Source: Alkaliphilus sp.
GTDB lineage: Bacteria > Bacillota > Clostridia > Peptostreptococcales > NVVX01
Assembly: GCA_002733545.1 (NCBI GenBank)
Contig: NVVX01000014.1
Span: 22,040 to 59,517 of the forward strand
Length of the DNA: 37,478 nucleotides
Direction of reading: 5' to 3'
How positions within the stretch are numbered: the first letter of the stretch is position 1; each line of letters begins with the position of its first letter. The translations under genes were made by a program, and so were the position numbers. Below are positions 34,087 to 37,478 of this stretch, piece after piece. The notes beneath the pieces were generated by a model. It had not been told where the DNA came from. It made no database searches and saw only the letters and a list, made by a program, of their open reading frames with translations.

Positions 34087-35853
34087 CTAGTAAGCTCCTT
34101 TTTTAAACTTCAGCGTTCTTGATATAACTGATTTGTACTCTACTTTTGTGCTACCCTTTATGTCAAGTGCAAGTCTTACAGCCATTTCGAGTCCATCGGG
34201 AGCATCGTCATTTCTTCCCATCGGGTACTCTTTCATTTGCTGGAGAAGTGTTTTATGCTTTTCATTGAACTTGATGTACCCATTTTTTATCATTGGTTGT
34301 AGTGATCTAATTCTTAAGTCTTTGTTTTGTCTGCTTATAATCTCTTCAATGGGCATATATTCTCCAGCTTCAACTGAACGTTTTGCCATAACCTCTTTGA
34401 AAAAATATTGAAACTGTACCGACTCTACTCCGAACCTATGCAAGGGTTTCTTGTATTCTCGCTTTAGCCTTTTTGAGGTTTCAATTGCATCTGTTATGAT
34501 TGCATCCGGTTTTCTTTTCTCCACCGAAGCAACGAGTATATACATGTATCCTGATTTCATGTCTTTTGCAAGCACTATAATAGAAGACATGTCGCTTTTT
34601 TTGTTTTTCCCAAGCGAGGGATCGTTTGCGCCAATGAAGATAAATCTGCTATCTGAAAAATCAATCTCGCCGTCTTGATAAAAGTCAAACCATTCTTCAT
34701 TGAATGTGCATGAGTCTGGGTCGATTGGATCGTTTTGAATCTCACTGTTAAAAGATGACTCTCCTTCTGAAATTTTCATGACCATTAGTCTGTAGTATGA
34801 ATTTTTCTCTTCCCACAAAACCTCCGTACCTCTTGTCATTTCTTCTTCGTTACTTCTAAAAAATTCCAAGGCATCTTCTTTCCTGCTGCCATTCTCTAGA
34901 TTGGTAAATATATCTTCCCACACTTGCCACAAAGCACTTTCTTCAGCAAAGCTGATTACTCCTCTGTATTTTTTACTGTCGTATTCTGGATTAGAAAGAA
35001 CTTTTGATAGAAGACTATCGTAGTGAAGTATTGTCCCTATATATACTATGTCCGTGTAGCCATCGCCCGCTTTTGAAACTGCTTTTTTAAACCAATTATC
35101 AAGTTTTCTTCTTTGCTCTGGCGTGTTCACGTTTTCATCGTTCTCAACGTCATCAAGCACGATTAAATCAGGTCTCCAATTTCTGTGCCTCCTACCCCTT
35201 ATCTTTTTCCCTGACCCAATAGCTTGAATTTTTATATCTGTCGAAGTAAGTATTACGCTGCTTTTCCAAACCTTTTTCCCTTTCAGTATTCCAAAGTCGT
35301 CCTTTATCGCTTCGTTTTCTTCAAGTTCCATTTTTATATCTTCGAGAAACCCCTCTGCTTGATCGGAGCTGTCCGATAGGATAATGGCATAATGCTTGTA
35401 CTCGTACATTATGGCGTGCAATGTGTCTTTGAAGGTAAAGTTTGTTGATTTTGCGTGCCCTCTAGGTGCTGCAACCACTTTTCTACACCCATTGCTACTT
35501 GCGATTTTTTCTTTGTCTCCTAGTGGGTTTAGCCCCTTCATAACACCTTTGCTCCAAATATCATCTAGCTCTGCATGGAAAGCTGGCGATTCTCTTATGA
35601 AGTATTTTGGAAGGTATGCTCTTCCAAAATATGCAAGGTCTATTGCCCCAAGCCTTTTTCTAAGTCCTTTTCTTCCTATAAGAGGAGCTCCTTTTTTGTG
35701 TTCTCTTATTAATTGTTTTCTTATTTTTTTGTGATTTTTGCCTCTGCTCACGTATTGCATGAATAGCTTTTTTTGAAACTCTAAATCTTCTTTTGCTTCG
35801 ATGTCTTCGTCTTCGTTTTTGAGTTTCCCTATGTAGTCGTCTAGTCTATTCAA
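34087..35853 (-). CDS. Terminase large subunit
   Basis: APRGHAKS ATPase motif, RPDLIVLDDVE Walker B, GANDPS and NDDAPDGL nuclease motifs. Confidence 0.94.
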   Translation of the reverse strand: MNRLDDYIGKLKNEDEDIEAKEDLEFQKKLFMQYVSRGKNHKKIRKQLIREHKKGAPLIGRKGLRKRLGAIDLAYFGRAYLPKYFIRESPAFHAELDDIWSKGVMKGLNPLGDKEKIASSNGCRKVVAAPRGHAKSTNFTFKDTLHAIMYEYKHYAIILSDSSDQAEGFLEDIKMELEENEAIKDDFGILKGKKVWKSSVILTSTDIKIQAIGSGKKIRGRRHRNWRPDLIVLDDVENDENVNTPEQRRKLDNWFKKAVSKAGDGYTDIVYIGTILHYDSLLSKVLSNPEYDSKKYRGVISFAEESALWQVWEDIFTNLENGSRKEDALEFFRSNEEEMTRGTEVLWEEKNSYYRLMVMKISEGESSFNSEIQNDPIDPDSCTFNEEWFDFYQDGEIDFSDSRFIFIGANDPSLGKNKKSDMSSIIVLAKDMKSGYMYILVASVEKRKPDAIITDAIETSKRLKREYKKPLHRFGVESVQFQYFFKEVMAKRSVEAGEYMPIEEIISRQNKDLRIRSLQPMIKNGYIKFNEKHKTLLQQMKEYPMGRNDDAPDGLEMAVRLALDIKGSTKVEYKSVISRTLKFKKGAY

Positions 35854-36409
35854 TGCTAATCACCTTTTCTTTTGCTTTTTCAAATACTGCATTGAATTCT
35901 CTTACGAGACTTGCATCTGACTTAATTAATTTCAGCAATTCGTCTTCCATCTCCTCAAACGCAAGCTCAGCTTTCTTTTTCATGTCGTGTTGTATTTTTC
36001 TTTTATATGACTCTGCTCTTGCAACACTTACAACCAGCCGCCCAGCTTTATCTAGTGGCATATCACCAAACTCTTCTTGTGCGTTAGATATTTTTTCTAT
36101 CAACCCACCCATAAGTAAATGTGTCGCTGCGCCAGTGTAATCTTCATTCGGATTTGCTTTTATGGCTTTCACTAGCTGATTTGTTTGTTGTTGGACTTCA
36201 ATTAGCCTCAACGAAGCTTTGTTTGTTCTAATTGCATATCTCCCTACAGAACTCTTGCTAATTTCTTCTCCATATTCTTCAAGTAGCCAGCTTGATATTT
36301 CTTCGTAGGTAATGCTCGTATCAAGAAGCATGTCATCAATTTTAGATCTAGTTTCTTTGTCTAGAGTGCTTATTTTGCTTGCTACTCTTGTTCTGCTGCG
36401 TTTTGTCAT
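35846..36409 (-). CDS. Mu gp27 / DUF3486 family protein (putative terminase small subunit)
   Basis: SKISTL, TYEEISSWL, ISKSSVGRY helix-turn-helix; upstream of the terminase. Confidence 0.88.
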   Translation of the reverse strand: MTKRSRTRVASKISTLDKETRSKIDDMLLDTSITYEEISSWLLEEYGEEISKSSVGRYAIRTNKASLRLIEVQQQTNQLVKAIKANPNEDYTGAATHLLMGGLIEKISNAQEEFGDMPLDKAGRLVVSVARAESYKRKIQHDMKKKAELAFEEMEDELLKLIKSDASLVREFNAVFEKAKEKVISIE

Positions 36410-36705
36410 CAGACATCAACTCCAGCATCTTCCGTTGTTCCTTCTAACAAGTCAATTCCTTTTGCAGTCAGCTCAATTTGTGTATCATCTTCTATCTCCT
36501 TGAGCGCCACATCTCTTATTTTTATATATCCCTTGTCTTCAACGTAATAAATCGCTTTGTTGGTGTTTGCTGTTAATAGAACCCCTCTTGTTACAAGCGC
36601 TGTTTTAATCCCGCTAATGCTCACCGTATCAGGATAAAAGAGTGCTAACGTTCTTAGTACTTGTCCCCTCAACATCTTGTTTTTCATTGCTTGTGCTCTA
36701 TCCAT
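36409..36705 (-). CDS. Mu gp26-like winged-helix protein
   Basis: RGQVLRTL...YVEDKGYI...LTAKGIDLLEG....GV pattern and position. Confidence 0.75.
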   Translation of the reverse strand: MDRAQAMKNKMLRGQVLRTLALFYPDTVSISGIKTALVTRGVLLTANTNKAIYYVEDKGYIKIRDVALKEIEDDTQIELTAKGIDLLEGTTEDAGVDV

Positions 36706-36996
36706 TTATTCACCCCTTTTAATGCTCATTAGCGTTTCTTGAATCTTATCTAATTTGTTATCCACCGAGCTCATCGCTCTTATGAAATCATCTTTATGTA
36801 CATATTCTTTCGCAAGATTTTCTTTATGCATATTAAACTCATTTTTAAACTCCTTCAGCTCTTGCTCTCCATCGTCAATCCTCGCATGTACTCTATTTAA
36901 GTTGTTGTCAATGCTCCTTTTGAAGTCTTTTAGAAAATATGCTATAATCCCTAAGCCAATCATAATTATTGCTTGAAACAACCACTTCGTCTCCAT
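36706..36996 (-). CDS. Small membrane-anchored coiled-coil protein (Mu gp25-like position)
   Basis: N-terminal TM helix, coiled coil, YVHKDDF...KLDKI. Confidence 0.65.
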   Translation of the reverse strand: METKWLFQAIIMIGLGIIAYFLKDFKRSIDNNLNRVHARIDDGEQELKEFKNEFNMHKENLAKEYVHKDDFIRAMSSVDNKLDKIQETLMSIKRGE

Positions 36997-37004
36997 GCTT
37001 CCCC

Positions 37005-37436
37005 CTAGTTTTCAGCCTTGACTTTTTTCAATGCACATTCAATCTCATTTAGTATATAAGTCCTAAAATCACCTATTGATTCTTCTATTACTTCCATATA
37101 ATCCCGTCCAAGAGTCCACATTATCTCGTGATATGCTTCCTCTGCTAAGTCTTCTAATTCTTTTCTATCGACCTCACCGTCTGCAACCGCTTTTCTAATT
37201 TTCTTTGCCGAGGTTTCTTCAATCTTAGTCACCGTCTTTACTGCTACATCTTCAAGCCTCTCTAGTGCTTCCTTCGTTACGCCCCTATGATGTTCGTCTT
37301 CGATTTTAAATGTCTCAGCTTTTAACTTCGTAGAAAGATTTCTCACATGCATCACTGCATATGTCCCTGCCAATGCAACCACAGCTAATATTACGTTTAC
37401 TAGCGCCTCATTTACCACCATCATTATTTGTTCCAT
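37005..37436 (-). CDS. Putative holin (LL-H-like)
   Basis: One N-terminal TM helix and a charged helical C-terminus ending IECALKKVK; lysis-module position; GGAGG RBS. Confidence 0.6.
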   Translation of the reverse strand: MEQIMMVVNEALVNVILAVVALAGTYAVMHVRNLSTKLKAETFKIEDEHHRGVTKEALERLEDVAVKTVTKIEETSAKKIRKAVADGEVDRKELEDLAEEAYHEIMWTLGRDYMEVIEESIGDFRTYILNEIECALKKVKAEN

Positions 37437-37478
37437 TTTTCTCCTCCCCTTTCGGTTTTTTCAAAAAAATAAAGAACC

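Larger units (their letters stand above)
14794..37478 (-). mobile_element. Mu-like transposable prophage with contractile tail (late region; continues beyond the right edge)
   Basis: Collinear homologues of Mu gp26-gp27-terminase-DUF935 portal-gpF-gpI-gpT-gp36 plus sheath, tube, TMP and baseplate J. All co-oriented and tightly overlapped, visibly more GC-rich than the host flank, with a Mu-type end at 14794. Confidence 0.92.

Noticed and set aside
22225-35734. Long plus-strand ORFs such as 23232-24161, 22225-22875, 30752-31300 and 32796-33437
   Set aside because: They are antisense shadows of well-supported minus-strand phage genes, with no recognisable motifs.
17682-37478. A second DGR target (another VR copy)
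   Set aside because: I saw no further match to the TR or a GFR-type C-terminus in the other genes; a remote target outside the window cannot be excluded.

Overview
The window has two parts. Positions 1-~14790 are low-GC Firmicute (Clostridia-like) chromosome, nearly all on the minus strand. They carry a hom-thrC-thrB operon, an aroF-tyrA-aroB-aroA-aroC operon preceded by a consensus sigmaA promoter, a Tyr/Phe-rich leader ORF and a terminator, and an Mrp/Mnh-type cation:proton antiporter operon. Three short gene remnants lie among them: a chorismate mutase stub, an IS1634-like transposase stub and an internally deleted [FeFe]-hydrogenase. Positions ~14794-37478 are the late half of a Mu-like (transposable) contractile-tailed prophage: holin, gp26/27/28/29/30 homologues, protease/scaffold, capsid, sheath, tube, frameshifted tail chaperone, tape measure and baseplate. 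The main finding is a complete diversity-generating retroelement (DGR) at the very end of the prophage, where Mu has its invertible G segment, gin and mom. It consists of an Mtd/FGE-type C-lectin target gene with a variable repeat, an IMH region and hairpin, avd, a template repeat and a reverse transcriptase. The 102-bp TR and VR cores differ at 12 positions, all TR adenines. A Mu-type end (terminal TG plus two tandem 22-bp sites) lies 57 bp beyond the RT stop. All family assignments come from motif recognition by eye; no database searches were run.
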